Of a stretch of 64,000 bases of DNA, positions 12,501 through 27,900 are shown one piece after another. This DNA is from the human T2T-CHM13v2.0 reference genome, Homo sapiens. Positions within the stretch are counted from its first letter, which is position 1, and each line of letters begins with the position of its first letter. Position numbers and translations under genes: made by a program. The stretch is from assembly GCF_009914755.1 (NCBI RefSeq), contig NC_060948.1. One strand, written 5' to 3'. The notes under the pieces are model-generated. The model ran no database searches and was not told where the DNA came from. It was given only the letters and a program-made list of their open reading frames with translations.

Positions 12501-15500
12501 TGATGTGAACGGAACGGAATGGAATGGAATCCAAAGGAATGGAATAGAATGGAATGGAATCGAATGGAAAGGACTCGAATGGAAATCACTCGAATAGAAT
12601 GCAATTTAATAAAATAGGATCAAATGTAATGGAATGGAATGGAAAGGAATCGAAACGAAAGGAATGGAGACAGATGGAATGGAATGGAACAGAGAGCAAT
12701 GGTATAGAATGGAATGGAATCATCTGGAATGGAATTGAATGGAATGGAATAATATGAAATGGAATGGAATGGAATGGAATGGAATGCCCTTGAATTAAAT
12801 GGACTGGAATGGAATGGACTCAAACAGAGTGGAATGGAAAGTGTGGAGATAGAATGGAATGAACTCCTTTGGAATGGTGTAGTATGCAATGCAATCGACT
12901 GGCAGGGAATCAAAAGGAATGTAATCGAATGGATTGGACTGGAATGCAATGGACTCGAATAGATTGGAAACGGAATGCAAAGGAATGGAATGGAATAGTA
13001 TGGAATGCAATGGAAGGGAATGGAGTGGAATAGACTAGAGTGGAATGGAATGGACTGGAAAGCAATGGACTGGAATGGAACTTTCTTGGATGGACTGGAA
13101 TCAAACGGAATGGAATGCAGTGCAATCAAATGGCATGGAATAAAATAGAATGAAAGAGAATCAAATGGAATTGAATCGAATGGAATCGAATGGATTGGAA
13201 AGGAATAGAATGGAATGGAATGGAATTGACTCAAATGGAATGGACTAGAATGGAATGGATTCGAATGGAAGGCAAAGGAATGGAATCTATTGGAATGGAC
13301 TGTAATGGAATGGAATGGAAGGGATTGGAATGGACTCGAATGGAATGGACTGCAATAGAAAGGATTCGAATGGAATGAAAAAGAATTGAATGGAATAGAA
13401 CAGAATGGAATCAAATCGAATGAAATGGAATGGAATAGAAAGGAATGGAATGAAATGGAATGGAAAGGATTCGAATGGAATGCAATCGAATGGAATGGAA
13501 TCGAACGGAATGGAATAAAATGGAAGAAAACTGGCAAGAAATGGAATCGAAATGAATGGAGTGTTATGGAACGGACTCAAAAGGAATTGAATGTAATAGA
13601 ATGGAGTGGAGTGGACTCGAATATAATGGACTGGAATGGAATGAAATCACATGGAATGGGAACGAATGGAATGGAATGGAAAGGAATGGAATCGAATGGA
13701 AAGGAATCGAATGGAAGGGAATGAAATTGAATCAACACGAATGGAAGGGAATAGAATAGACTGTAATGGAATGGACTCGAATAGAATGGACACGAATGCT
13801 CAAATTGAATGGACTCGAATGGAATGGAAACGAAAGGAATGTCATCGAATGGAATTGAATCGATTGGAATGAAATCGCATAGAATGGAGTGGAATCAAAT
13901 GGAATTGAATCGAAAGGAAAGGAAGCGAATGGACTGAAATGAAATGGAATGGAATTGAATGGAAAGTAATGCAATGGAATAGAATGGAACGAAATTTCAC
14001 GGAATGGAATCAAACTGAATGGAATCAAATCAATGGAATCAAATCAAATGGAATGGAAAGGAATTGAATGGAGTAGATGGGATTGGATGGGATTGGAATG
14101 AAATGTACTGGAAAGGACTCGAATTTCATGAAACGGAATGGAATGAATTGGAACGGAATGGACTCGAATGGAATGGAATGTCATGGGATGGCATCAAATG
14201 GAATGGCATCAAATGGAATGGAATCGAATGCAATGGAATGCTATGGAATGGAATGGAATGCATTGGAATGGAATGTCCTCTAATGGAATGGATTCGAGTG
14301 GAATGGAATTGAATATAATGGAGTCGAATGAAATGGAATTGAAAGGAATGGGATCGAATACAATGGAATATACTGGAATGTAACGTAATGAACTCGAATG
14401 TAATTGACTGGAATGGAATGTACATGAATGGAATGTAATCGAATGGAAAGTAATCCAATGGAATAGAATCTAATGCAATAAAATCGACTCAGATAGAGTA
14501 GAATGTAATGGAATGGAGTGCAGTGCAATGGAATGGAATGGAATGGAATGCAATGGAATGGAATGGAATGGAATGGGATGGAATGGTATGGAATGGATAG
14601 TAATAGACTGGAGTGAAATGGACTGGAAAGGAATGGACTCAAATTGAAAGGGCTCGAAAGGAATGGAGTCAAATGGAATGGTCTGGAATGGAATGAACAC
14701 GAATGTAATGCAACCCAATAGAATGGAATCGAATGGCATGGAATATAAAGAAATGGAATCGAAGAGAATGGAAACAAAGGGAATGGAATTGAATGGAATG
14801 GAATTGAATGGAATGGGAACGAATGGAGTGAAATTGTATGCAGTAGAAGAGAATAGAATGGAATGCAAGCGAAAGGAAAGGAATGGATTGGAATGGAATG
14901 GAATTCATTGGAATGGAAGGGAATGTAGTGTAATGGACAGGCCTGGAATAAAGTGGAATGCTACGGTCTCGAATGGAATAAAAATGTATGGAATGGAATG
15001 CAATGAAACGGAATCGAATGTCATAGAATGTAATGGAATGCAAAAAAATGGAATCCAAAATCATTGACTGGAAAGGCTGGGTGTCGAAAGGAATTGACTC
15101 CAATGGAATGGAATCGAATGGAATGGAAGTGAATAGAATCGAACTAAATCGAATGGAATGGAATTGATAGGAACGGAATGGAAAGGAATGCAATGATTTG
15201 GCATGGAATGGAATCGAATGGCATCGAATGGAATGGAATGGAATGCAATGGAATGGAATGTATTAGAATGTAATGAACTTTAATGGAATGTACTCGAATG
15301 GATTCGACTGGAATGGAATGTTCTGGAAGTGAATGGACTCCAATGGAATGGATTCAAAAGGAATGGAATCGTACGGAATGGAATCTAATGGAATGGAATT
15401 AAATGGAAATGAATCAAATTGAATAGCACGGAATTGAATTGAATGGAATGGAATGCAATGGAATCTAATGAAACGGAAAGGAAAGGAATGGAATGGAATG

Positions 15501-17790
15501 GAATGGGCTGGAATGGAAAGGAATCGAAACGAATGGAATGGAATCGAACTGAAGAGACTGGAATGGAATGCACTGGAATGGAAGGGAGTGTAATGGAAGG
15601 TTGTCGAAAAAAATGGAATCGAATGGAATGGAATTGAATGGAACGGAATAGAGTCGAATGGAATTGAATGGAATGGAATGGACTAGAGTGAAATGGAATC
15701 GAACCACAAGGAATGGACAGGAATAGAATGGTCTCGAATTGAATGGAATCGTATGGAATGGCATCAAACGGAATGGAATGGACAGCCACGGAATGGAATG
15801 CACTCGAATGCAATGGAGTCGAAACTAATGGACTGGAATAGAATGGACTCGACTGGTACGGACTCCAATGGAATGGAATCGAATGGACGGGAATCGAACG
15901 GAAGGGAATCGAACGGAATGGACTCGAAGGGAAAAGACTGCAATGGAAAGGTCTCGAATGGAATGGAAATTAATGGAATGGAATGGAATCGAATGAAATG
16001 GAGTCAAAAGGAATGGAATCGAATGGCAAGAAATCGAATGTAATGGAATCGCCAGGAATTGATGTGAACGGAACGGAATGGAATGGAATCCAAAGGAATG
16101 GAATAGAATGGAATGGAATCGAATGGAAAGGACTCGAATGGAAATCACTCGAATAGAATGCAATTTAATAAAATAGGATCAAATGTAATGGAATGGAATG
16201 GAAAGGAATCGAAACGAAAGGAATGGAGACAGATGGAATGGAATGGAACAGAGAGCAATGGTATAGAATGGAATGGAATCATCTGGAATGGAATTGAATG
16301 GAATGGAATAATATGAAATGGAATGGAATGGAATGGAATGGAATGCCCTTGAATTAAATGGACTGGAATGGAATGGACTCAAACAGAGTGGAATGGAAAG
16401 TGTGGAGATAGAATGGAATGAACTCCTTTGGAATGGTGTAGTATGCAATGCAATCGACTGGCAGGGAATCAAAAGGAATGTAATCGAATGGATTGGACTG
16501 GAATGCAATGGACTCGAATAGATTGGAAACGGAATGCAAAGGAATGGAATGGAATAGTATGGAATGCAATGGAAGGGAATGGAGTGGAATAGACTAGAGT
16601 GGAATGGAATGGACTGGAAAGCAATGGACTGGAATGGAACTTTCTTGGATGGACTGGAATCAAACGGAATGGAATGCAGTGCAATCAAATGGCATGGAAT
16701 AAAATAGAATGAAAGAGAATCAAATGGAATTGAATCGAATGGAATCGAATGGATTGGAAAGGAATAGAATGGAATGGAATGGAATTGACTCAAATGGAAT
16801 GGACTAGAATGGAATGGATTCGAATGGAAGGCAAAGGAATGGAATCTATTGGAATGGACTGTAATGGAATGGAATGGAAGGGATTGGAATGGACTCGAAT
16901 GGAATGGACTGCAATAGAAAGGATTCGAATGGAATGAAAAAGAATTGAATGGAATAGAACAGAATGGAATCAAATCGAATGAAATGGAATGGAATAGAAA
17001 GGAATGGAATGAAATGGAATGGAAAGGATTCGAATGGAATGCAATCGAATGGAATGGAATCGAACGGAATGGAATAAAATGGAAGAAAACTGGCAAGAAA
17101 TGGAATCGAAATGAATGGAGTGTTATGGAACGGACTCAAAAGGAATTGAATGTAATAGAATGGAGTGGAGTGGACTCGAATATAATGGACTGGAATGGAA
17201 TGAAATCACATGGAATGGGAACGAATGGAATGGAATGGAAAGGAATGGAATCGAATGGAAAGGAATCGAATGGAAGGGAATGAAATTGAATCAACACGAA
17301 TGGAAGGGAATAGAATAGACTGTAATGGAATGGACTCGAATAGAATGGACACGAATGCTCAAATTAAATGGACTCGAATGGAATGGAAACGAAAGGAATG
17401 TCATCGAATGGAATTGAATCGATTGGAATGAAATCGCATAGAATGGAGTGGAATCAAATGGAATTGAATCGAAAGGAAAGGAAGCGAATGGACTGAAATG
17501 AAATGGAATGGAATTGAATGGAAAGTAATGCAATGGAATAGAATGGAACGAAATTTCACGGAATGGAATCAAACTGAATGGAATCAAATCAATGGAATCA
17601 AATCAAATGGAATGGAAAGGAATTGAATGGAGTAGATGGGATTGGATGGGATTGGAATGAAATGTACTGGAAAGGACTCGAATTTCATGAAACGGAATGG
17701 AATGAATTGGAACGGAATGGACTCGAATGGAATGGAATGTCATGGGATGGCATCAAATGGAATGGCATCAAATGGAATGGAATCGAATGC
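3555..17790 (+). repeat. DYZ1 units 2-5 (4 x 3559 bp; starts 3555, 7114, 10673, 14232), homogeneous left family
   Basis: Exact 3559-bp spacing of homologous ORFs. Share the short GGAAT tract and the ACAAAGGG, GTTGTCG and GGACGGG alleles. Confidence 0.92.
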
Positions 17791-20700
17791 AATGGAATGC
17801 TATGGAATGGAATGGAATGCATTGGAATGGAATGTCCTCTAATGGAATGGATTCGAGTGGAATGGAATTGAATATAATGGAGTCGAATGAAATGGAATTG
17901 AAAGGAATGGGATCGAATACAATGGAATATACTGGAATGTAACGTAATGAACTCGAATGTAATTGACTGGAATGGAATGTACATGAATGGAATGTAATCG
18001 AATGGAAAGTAATCCAATGGAATAGATTCTAATGCAATAAAATCGACTCAGATAGAGTAGAATGTAATGGAATGGAGTGCAGTGCAATGGAATGGAATGG
18101 AATGGAATGCAATGGAATGGAATGGAATGGAATGGAATGGAATGGAATGGAATGGAATGGAATGGGATGGAATGGTATGGAATGGATAGTAATGGACTGG
18201 AGTGAAATGGACTGGAAAGGAATGGACTCAAATTGAAAGGGCTCGAAAGGAATGGAGTCAAATGGAATGGTCTGGAATGGAATGAACACGAATGTAATGC
18301 AACCCAATAGAATGGAATCGAATGGCATGGAATATAAAGAAATGGAATCGAAGAGAATGGAAACAAAGGGAATGGAATTGAATGGAATGGAATTGAATGG
18401 AATGGGAACGAATGGAGTGAAATTGTATGCAGTAGAAGAGAATAGAATGGAATGCAAGCGAAAGGAAAGGAATGGATTGGAATGGAATGGAATTCATTGG
18501 AATGGAAGGGAATGTAGTGTAATGGACAGGCCTGGAATAAAGTGGAATGCTACGGTCTCGAATGGAATAAAAATGTATGGAATGGAATGCAATGAAACGG
18601 AATCGAATGTCATAGAATGTAATGGAATGCAAAAAAATGGAATCCAAAATCATTGACTGGAAAGGCTGGGTGTCGAAAGGAATTGACTCCAATGGAATGG
18701 AATCGAATGGAATGGAAGTGAATAGAATCGAACTAAATCTAATGGAATGGAATTGATAGGAACGGAATGGAAAGGAATGCAATGATTTGGCATGGAATGG
18801 AATCGAATGGCATCGAATGGAATGGAATGGAATGCAATGGAATGGAATGTATTAGAATGTAATGAACTTTAATGGAATGTACTCGAATGGATTCGACTGG
18901 AATGGAATGTTCTGGAAGTGAATGGACTCCAATGGAATGGATTCAAAAGGAATGGAATCGTACGGAATGGAATCTAATGGAATGGAATTAAATGGAAATG
19001 AATCAAATTGAATAGCACGGAATTGAATTGAATGGAATGGAATGCAATGGAATCTAATGAAACGGAAAGGAAAGGAATGGAATGGAATGGAATGGGCTGG
19101 AATGGAAAGGAATCGAAACGAATGGAATGGAATCGAACTGAAGAGACTGGAATGGAATGCACTGGAATGGAAGGGAGTGTAATGGAAGGTTGTCGAAAAA
19201 AATGGAATCGAATGGAATGGAATTGAATGGAACGGAATAGAGTCGAATGGAATTGAATGGAATGGAATGGACTAGAGTGAAATGGAATCGAACCACAAGG
19301 AATGGACAGGAATAGAATGGTCTCGAATTGAATGGAATCGTATGGAATGGCATCAAACGGAATGGAATGGACAGCCACGGAATGGAATGCACTCGAATGC
19401 AATGGAGTCGAAACTAATGGACTGGAATAGAATGGACTCGACTGGTACGGACTCCAATGGAATGGAATCGAATGGACGGGAATCGAACGGAATGGAATCG
19501 AACGGAATGGACTCGAAGGGAAAAGACTGCAATGGAAAGGTCTCGAATGGAATGGAAATTAATGGAATGGAATGGAATCGAATGAAATGGAGTCAAAAGG
19601 AATGGAATCGAATGGCAAGAAATCGAATGTAATGGAATCGCCAGGAATTGATGTGAACGGAACGGAATGGAATGGAATCCAAAGGAATGGAATAGAATGG
19701 AATGGAATCGAATGGAAAGGACTCGAATGGAAATCACTCGAATAGAATGCAATTTAATAAAATAGGATCAAATGTAATGGAATGGAATGGAAAGGAATCG
19801 AAACGAAAGGAATGGAGACAGATGGAATGGAATGGAACAGAGAGCAATGGTATAGAATGGAATGGAATCATCTGGAATGGAATTGAATGGAATGGAATAA
19901 TATGAAATGGAATGGAATGGAATGGAATGGAATGCCCTTGAATTAAATGGACTGGAATGGAATGGACTCAAACAGAGTGGAATGGAAAGTGTGGAGATAG
20001 AATGGAATGAACTCCTTTGGAATGGTGTAGTATGCAATGCAATCGACTGGCAGGGAATCAAAAGGAATGTAATCGAATGGATTGGACTGGAATGCAATGG
20101 ACTCGAATAGATTGGAAACGGAATGCAAAGGAATGGAATGGAATAGTATGGAATGCAATGGAAGGGAATGGAGTGGAATAGACTAGAGTGGAATGGAATG
20201 GACTGGAAAGCAATGGACTGGAATGGAACTTTCTTGGATGGACTGGAATCAAACGGAATGGAATGCAATGCAATCAAATGGCATGGAATAAAATAGAATG
20301 AAAGAGAATCAAATGGAATTGAATCGAATGGAATCGAATGGATTGGAAAGGAATAGAATGGAATGGAATGGAATTGACTCAAATGGAATGGACTAGAATG
20401 GAATGGATTCGAACGGAAGGCAAAGGAATGGAATCTATTGGAATGGACTGTAATGGAATGGAATGGAAGGGATTGGAATGGACTCGAATGGAATGGACTG
20501 CAATAGAAAGGATTCGAATGGAATGAAAAAGAATTGAATGGAATAGAACAGAATGGAATCAAATCGAATGAAATGGAATGGAATAGAAAGGAATGGAATG
20601 AAATGGAATGGAAAGGATTCGAATGGAATGCAATCGAATGGAATGGAATCGAACGGAATGGAATAAAATGGAAGAAAACTGGCAAGAAATGGAATCGAAA

Positions 20701-21379
20701 TGAATGGAGTGTTATGGAACGGACTCAAAAGGAATTGAATGTAATAGAATGGAGTGGAGTGGACTCGAATATAATGGACTGGAATGGAATGAAATCACAT
20801 GGAATGGGAACGAATGGAATGGAATGGAAAGGAATGGAATCGAATGGAAAGGAATCGAATGGAAGGGAATGAAATTGAATCAACACGAATGGAAGGGAAT
20901 AGAATAGACTGTAATGGAATGGACTCGAATAGAATGGACACGAATGCTCAAATTAAATGGACTCGAATGGAATGGAAACGAAAGGAATGTCATCGAATGG
21001 AATTGAATCGATTGGAATGAAATCGCATAGAATGGAGTGGAATCAAATGGAATTGAATCGAAAGGAAAGGAAGCGAATGGACTGAAATGAAATGGAATGG
21101 AATTGAATGGAAAGTAATGCAATGGAATAGAATGGAACGAAATTTCACGGAATGGAATCAAACTGAATGGAATCAAATCAATGGAATCAAATCAAATGGA
21201 ATGGAAAGGAATTGAATGGAGTAGATGGGATTGGATGGGATTGGAATGAAATGTACTGGAAAGGACTCGAATTTCATGAAACGGAATGGAATGAATTGGA
21301 ACGGAATGGACTGGAATGGAATGGAATGTCATGGGATGGCATCAAATGGAATGACATCAAATGGAATGGAATAGAATGC
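17791..21379 (+). repeat. DYZ1 unit 6 (3589 bp), mosaic unit
   Basis: +30 bp in the GGAAT tract; carries Y-type, left-family and Z-type alleles in succession. Confidence 0.9.
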
Positions 21380-24300
21380 AATGGAATGCTATGGAATGGA
21401 ATGGAATGCATTGGAATGGAATGTCCGCTAATGGAATGGATTCGAGTGGAATGGAATTGAATATAATGGAGTCGAATGAAATGGAATTGAAAGGAATGGG
21501 ATCGAATACAATGGAATATACTGGAATGTAACGTAATGAACTCGAATGTAATTGACTGGAATGGAATGTACATGAATGGAATGTAATCGAATGGAAAGTA
21601 ATCCAATGGAATAGAATCTAATGCAATAAAATCGACTCAGATAGAGTAGAATGTAATGGAATGGAGTGCAGTGCAATGGAATGGAATGGAATGGAATGCA
21701 ATGGAATGGAATGGAATGGAATGGGATGGAATGGTATGGAATGGATAGTAATAGACTGGAGTGAAATGGACTGGAAAGGAATGGACTCAAATTGAAAGGG
21801 CTCGAAAGGAATGGAGTCAAATGGAATGGTCTGGAATGGAATGAACACGAATGTAATGCAACCCAATAGAATGGAATCGAATGGCATGGAATATAAAGAA
21901 ATGGAATCGAAGAGAATGGAAACAAATGGAATGGAATTGAATGGAATGGAATTGAATGGAATGGGAACGAATGGAGTGAAATTGTATGCAGTAGAAGAGA
22001 ATAGAATGGAATGCAAGCGAAAGGAAAGGAATGGATTGGAATGGAATGGAATTCATTGGAATGGAAGGGAATGTAGTGTAATGGACAGGCCTGGAATAAA
22101 GTGGAATGCTACGGTCTCGAATGGAATAAAAATGTATGGAATGGAATGCAATGAAACGGAATCGAATGTCATAGAATGTAATGGAATGCAAAAAAATGGA
22201 ATCCAAAATCATTGACTGGAAAGGCTGGGTGTCGAAAGGAATTGACTCCAATGGAATGGAATCGAATGGAATGGAAGTGAATAGAATCGAACTAAATCGA
22301 ATGGAATGGAATTGATAGGAACGGAATGGAAAGGAATGCAATGATTTGGCATGGAATGGAATCGAATGGCATCGAATGGAATGGAATGGAATGCAATGGA
22401 ATGGAATGTATTAGAATGTAATGAACTTTAATGGAATGTACTCGAATGGATTCGACTGGAATGGAATGTTCTGGAAGTGAATGGACTCCAATGGAATGGA
22501 TTCAAAAGGAATGGAATCGTACGGAATGGAATCTAATGGAATGGAATTAAATGGAAATGAATCAAATTGAATAGCACGGAATTGAATTGAATGGAATGGA
22601 ATGCAATGGAATCTAATGAAACGGAAAGGAAAGGAATGGAATGGAATGGAATGGGCTGGAATGGAAAGGAATCGAAACGAATGGAATGGAATCGAAGTGA
22701 AGAGACTGGAATGGAATGCACTGGAATGGAAGGGAGTGTAATGGAAGGTTCTCGAAAAAAATGGAATCGAATGGAATGGAATTGAATGGAACGGAATAGA
22801 GTCGAATGGAATTGAATGGAATGGAATGGACTAGAGTGAAATGGAATCGAACCACAAGGAATGGACAGGAATAGAATGGTCTCGAATTGAATGGAATCGT
22901 ATGGAATGGCATCAAACGGAATGGAATGGACAGCCACGGAATGGAATGCACTCGAATGCAATGGAGTCGAAACAAATGGACTGGAATAGAATGGACTCGA
23001 CTGGTACGGACTCCAATGGAATGGAATCGAATGGAAGGGAATCGAACGGAAGGGAATCGAACGGAATGGACTCGAAGGGAAAAGACTGCAATGGAAAGGT
23101 CTCGAATGGAATGGAAATTAATGGAATGGAATGGAATCGAATGAAATGGAGTCAAAAGGAATGGAATCGAATGGCAAGAAATCGAATGTAATGGAATCGC
23201 CAGGAATTGATGTGAACGGAACGGAATGGAATGGAATCCAAAGGAATGGAATAGAATGGAATGGAATCGAATGGAAAGGACTCGAATGGAAATCACTCGA
23301 ATAGAATGCAATTTAATAAAATAGGATCAAATGTAATGGAATGGAATGGAAAGGAATCGAAACGAAAGGAATGGAGACAGATGGAATGGAATGGAACAGA
23401 GAGCAATGGTATAGAATGGAATGGAATCATCTGGAATGGAATTGAATGGAATGGAATAATATGAAATGGAATGGAATGGAATGGAATGGAATGCCCTTGA
23501 ATTAAATGGACTGGAATGGAATGGACTCAAACAGAGTGGAATGGAAAGTGTGGAGATAGAATGGAATGAACTCCTTTGGAATGGTGTAGTATGCAATGCA
23601 ATCGACTGGCAGGGAATCAAAAGGAATGTAATCGAATGGATTGGACTGGAATGCAATGGACTCGAATAGATTGTAAACGGAATGCAAAGGAATGGAATGG
23701 AATAGTATGGAATGCAATGGAAGGGAATGGAGTGGAATAGACTAGAGTGGAATGGAATGGACTGGAAAGCACTGGACTGGAATGGAACTTTCTTGGATGG
23801 ACTGGAATCAAACGGAATGGAATGCAATGCAATCAAATGGCATGGAATAAAATAGAATGAAAGAGAATCAAATGGAATTGAATCGAATGGAATCGAATGG
23901 ATTGGAAAGGAATAGAATGGAATGGAATGGAATTGACTCAAATGGAATGGACTAGAATGGAATGGATTCGAATGGAAGGCAAAGGAATGGAATCTATTGG
24001 AATGGACTGTAATGGAATGGAATGGAAGGGATTGGAATGGACTCGAATGGAATGGACTGCAATAGAAAGGATTCGAATGGAATGAAAAAGAATTGAATGG
24101 AATAGAACAGAATGGAATCAAATCGAATGAAATGGAATGGAATAGAAAGGAATGGAATGAAATGGAATGGAAAGGATTCGAATGGAATGCAATCGAATGG
24201 AATGGAATCGAACGGAATGGAATAAAATGGAAGAAAACTGGCAAGAAATGGAATCGAAATGAATGGAGTGTTATGGAACGGACTCAAAAGGAATTGAATG

Positions 24301-24938
24301 TAATAGAATGGAGTGGAGTGGACTCGAATATAATGGACTGGAATGGAATGAAATCACATGGAATGGGAACGAATGGAATGGAATGGAAAGGAATGGAATC
24401 GAATGGAAAGGAATCGAATGGAAGGGAATGAAATTGAATCAACACGAATGGAAGGGAATAGAATAGACTGTAATGGAATGGACTCGAATAGAATGGACAC
24501 GAATGCTCAAATTAAATGGACTCGAATGGAATGGAAACGAAAGGAATGTCATCGAATGGAATTGAATCGATTGGAATGAAATCGCATAGAATGGAGTGGA
24601 ATCAAATGGAATTGAATCGAAAGGAAAGGAAGCGAATGGACTGAAATGAAATGGAATGGAATTGAATGGAAAGTAATGCAATGGAATAGAATGGAACGAA
24701 ATTTCACGGAATGGAATCAAACTGAATGGAATCAAATCAATGGAATCAAATCAAATGGAATGGAAAGGAATTGAATGGAGTAGATGGGATTGGATGGGAT
24801 TGGAATGAAATGTACTGGAAAGGACTCGAATTTCATGAAACGGAATGGAATGAATTGGAACGGAATGGACTCGAATGGAATGGAATGTCATGGGATGGCA
24901 TCAAATGGAATGGCATCAAATGGAATGGAATCGAATGC
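21380..24938 (+). repeat. DYZ1 unit 7 (3559 bp), type X
   Basis: GTCCGCTA (21427), ATTGTAAAC (23674), AAGCACTGG (23772). Confidence 0.9.
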
Positions 24939-27900
24939 AATGGAATGCTATGGAATGGAATGGAATGCATTGGAATGGAATGTCCTCTAATGGAATGGAT
25001 TCGAGTGGAATGGAATTGAATATAATGGAGTCGAATGAAATGGAATTGAAAGGAATGGGATCGAATACAATGGAATATACTGGAATGTAACGTAATGAAC
25101 TCGAATGTAATTGATTGGAATGGAATGTACATGAATGGAATGTAATCGAATGGAAAGTAATCCAATGGAATAGATTCTAATGCAATAAAATCGACTCAGA
25201 TAGAGTAGAATGTAATGGAATGGAGTGCAGTGCAATGGAATGGAATGGAATGGAATGCAATGGAATGGAATGGAATGGAATGGAATGGAATGGAATGGAA
25301 TGGAATGGGATGGAATGGTATGGAATGGATAGTAATGGACTGGAGTGAAATGGACTGGAAAGGAATGGACTCAAATTGAAAGGGCTCGAAAGGAATGGAG
25401 TCAAATGGAATGGTCTGGAATGGAATGAACACGAATGTAATGCAACCCAATAGAATGGAATCGAATGGCATGGAATATAAAGAAATGGAATCGAAGAGAA
25501 TGGAAACAAAGGGAATGGAATTGAATGGAATGGAATTGAATGGAATGGGAACGAATGGAGTGAAATTGTATGCAGTAGAAGAGAATAGAATGGAATGCAA
25601 GCGAAAGGAAAGGAATGGATTGGAATGGAATGGAATTCATTGGAATGGAAGGGAATGTAGTGTAATGGACAGGCCTGGAATAAAGTGGAATGCTACGGTC
25701 TCGAATGGAATAAAAATGTATGGAATGGAATGCAATGAAACGGAATCGAATGTCATAGAATGTAATGGAATGCAAAAAAATGGAATCCAAAATCATTGAC
25801 TGGAAAGGCTGGGTGTCGAAAGGAATTGACTCCAATGGAATGGAATCGAATGGAATGGAAGTGAATAGAATCGAACTAAATCGAATGGAATGGAATTGAT
25901 AGGAACGGAATGGAAAGGAATGCAATGATTTGGCATGGAATGGAATCGAATGGCATCGAATGGAATGGAATGGAATGCAATGGAATGGAATGTATTAGAA
26001 TGTAATGAACTTTAATGGAATGTACTCGAATGGATTCGACTGGAATGGAATGTTCTGGAAGTGAATGGACTCCAATGGAATGGATTCAAAAGGAATGGAA
26101 TCGTACGGAATGGAATCTAATGGAATGGAATTAAATGGAAATGAATCAAATTGAATAGCACGGAATTGAATTGAATGGAATGGAATGCAATGGAATCTAA
26201 TGAAACGGAAAGGAAAGGAATGGAATGGAATGGAATGGGCTGGAATGGAAAGGAATCGAAACGAATGGAATGGAATCGAAGTGAAGAGACTGGAATGGAA
26301 TGCACTGGAATGGAAGGGAGTGTAATGGAAGGTTCTCGAAAAAAATGGAATCGAATGGAATGGAATTGAATGCAACGGAATAGAGTCGAATGGAATTGAA
26401 TGGAATGGAATGGACTAGAGTGAAATGGAATCGAACCACAAGGAATGGACAGGAATAGAATGGTCTCGAATTGAATGGAATCGTATGGAATGGCATCAAA
26501 CGGAATGGAATGGACAGCCACGGAATGGAATGCACTCGAATGCAATGGAGTCGAAACTAATGGACTGGAATAGAATGGACTCGACTGGTACGGACTCCAA
26601 TGGAATGGAATCGAATGGAAGGGAATCGAACGGAAGGGAATCGAACGGAATGGACTCGAAGGGAAAAGACTGCAATGGAAAGGTCTCGAATGGAATGGAA
26701 ATTAATGGAATGGAATGGAATCGAATGAAATGGAGTCAAAAGGAATGGAATCGAATGGCAAGAAATCGAATGTAATGGAATCGCAAGGAATTGATGTGAA
26801 CGGAACGGAATGGAATGGAATCCAAAGGAATGGAATAGAATGGAATGGAATCGAATGGAAAGGACTCGAATGGAAATCACTCGAATAGAATGCAATTTAA
26901 TAAAATAGGATCAAATGTAATGGAATGGAATGGAAAGGAATCGAAACGAAAGGAATGGAGACAGATGGAATGGAATGGAACAGAGAGCAATGGTATAGAA
27001 TGGAATGGAATCATCTGGAATGGAATTGAATGGAATGGAATAATATGAAATGGAATGGAATGGAATGGAATGGAATGCCCTTGAATTAAATGGACTGGAA
27101 TGGAATGGACTCAAACAGAGTGGAATGGAAAGTGTGGAGATAGAATGGAATGAACTCCTTTGGAATGGTGTAGTATGCAATGCAATCGACTGGCAGGGAA
27201 TCAAAAGGAATGTAATCGAATGGATTGGACTGGAATGCAATGGACTCGAATAGATTGGAAACGGAATGCAAAGGAATGGAATGGAATAGTATGGAATGCA
27301 ATGGAAGGGAATGGAGTGGAATAGACTAGAGTGGAATGGAATGGACTGGAAAGCAATGGACTGGAATGGAACTTTCTTGGATGGACTGGAATCAAACGGA
27401 ATGGAATGCAGTGCAATCAAATGGCATGGAATAAAATAGAATGAAAGAGAATCAAATGGAATTGAATCGAATGGAATCGAATGGATTGGAAAGGAATAGA
27501 ATGGAATGGAATGGAATTGACTCAAATGGAATGGACTAGAATGGAATGGATTCGAATGGAAGGCAAAGGAATGGAATCTATTGGAATGGACTGTAATGGA
27601 ATGGAATGGAAGGGATTGGAATGGACTCGAATGGAATGGACTGCAATAGAAAGGATTCGAATGGAATGAAAAAGAATTGAATGGAATAGAACAGAATGGA
27701 ATCAAATCGAATTAAATGGAATGGAATAGAAAGGAATGGAATGAAATGGAATGGAATGCAATCGAATGGAATGGAATCGAACGGAATGGAATCGAACGGA
27801 ATGGAATAAAATGGAAGAAAACTGGCAAGAAATGGAATCGAAATGAATGGAGTGTTATGGAACGGACTCAAAAGGAATTGAATGTAATAGAATGGAGTGG

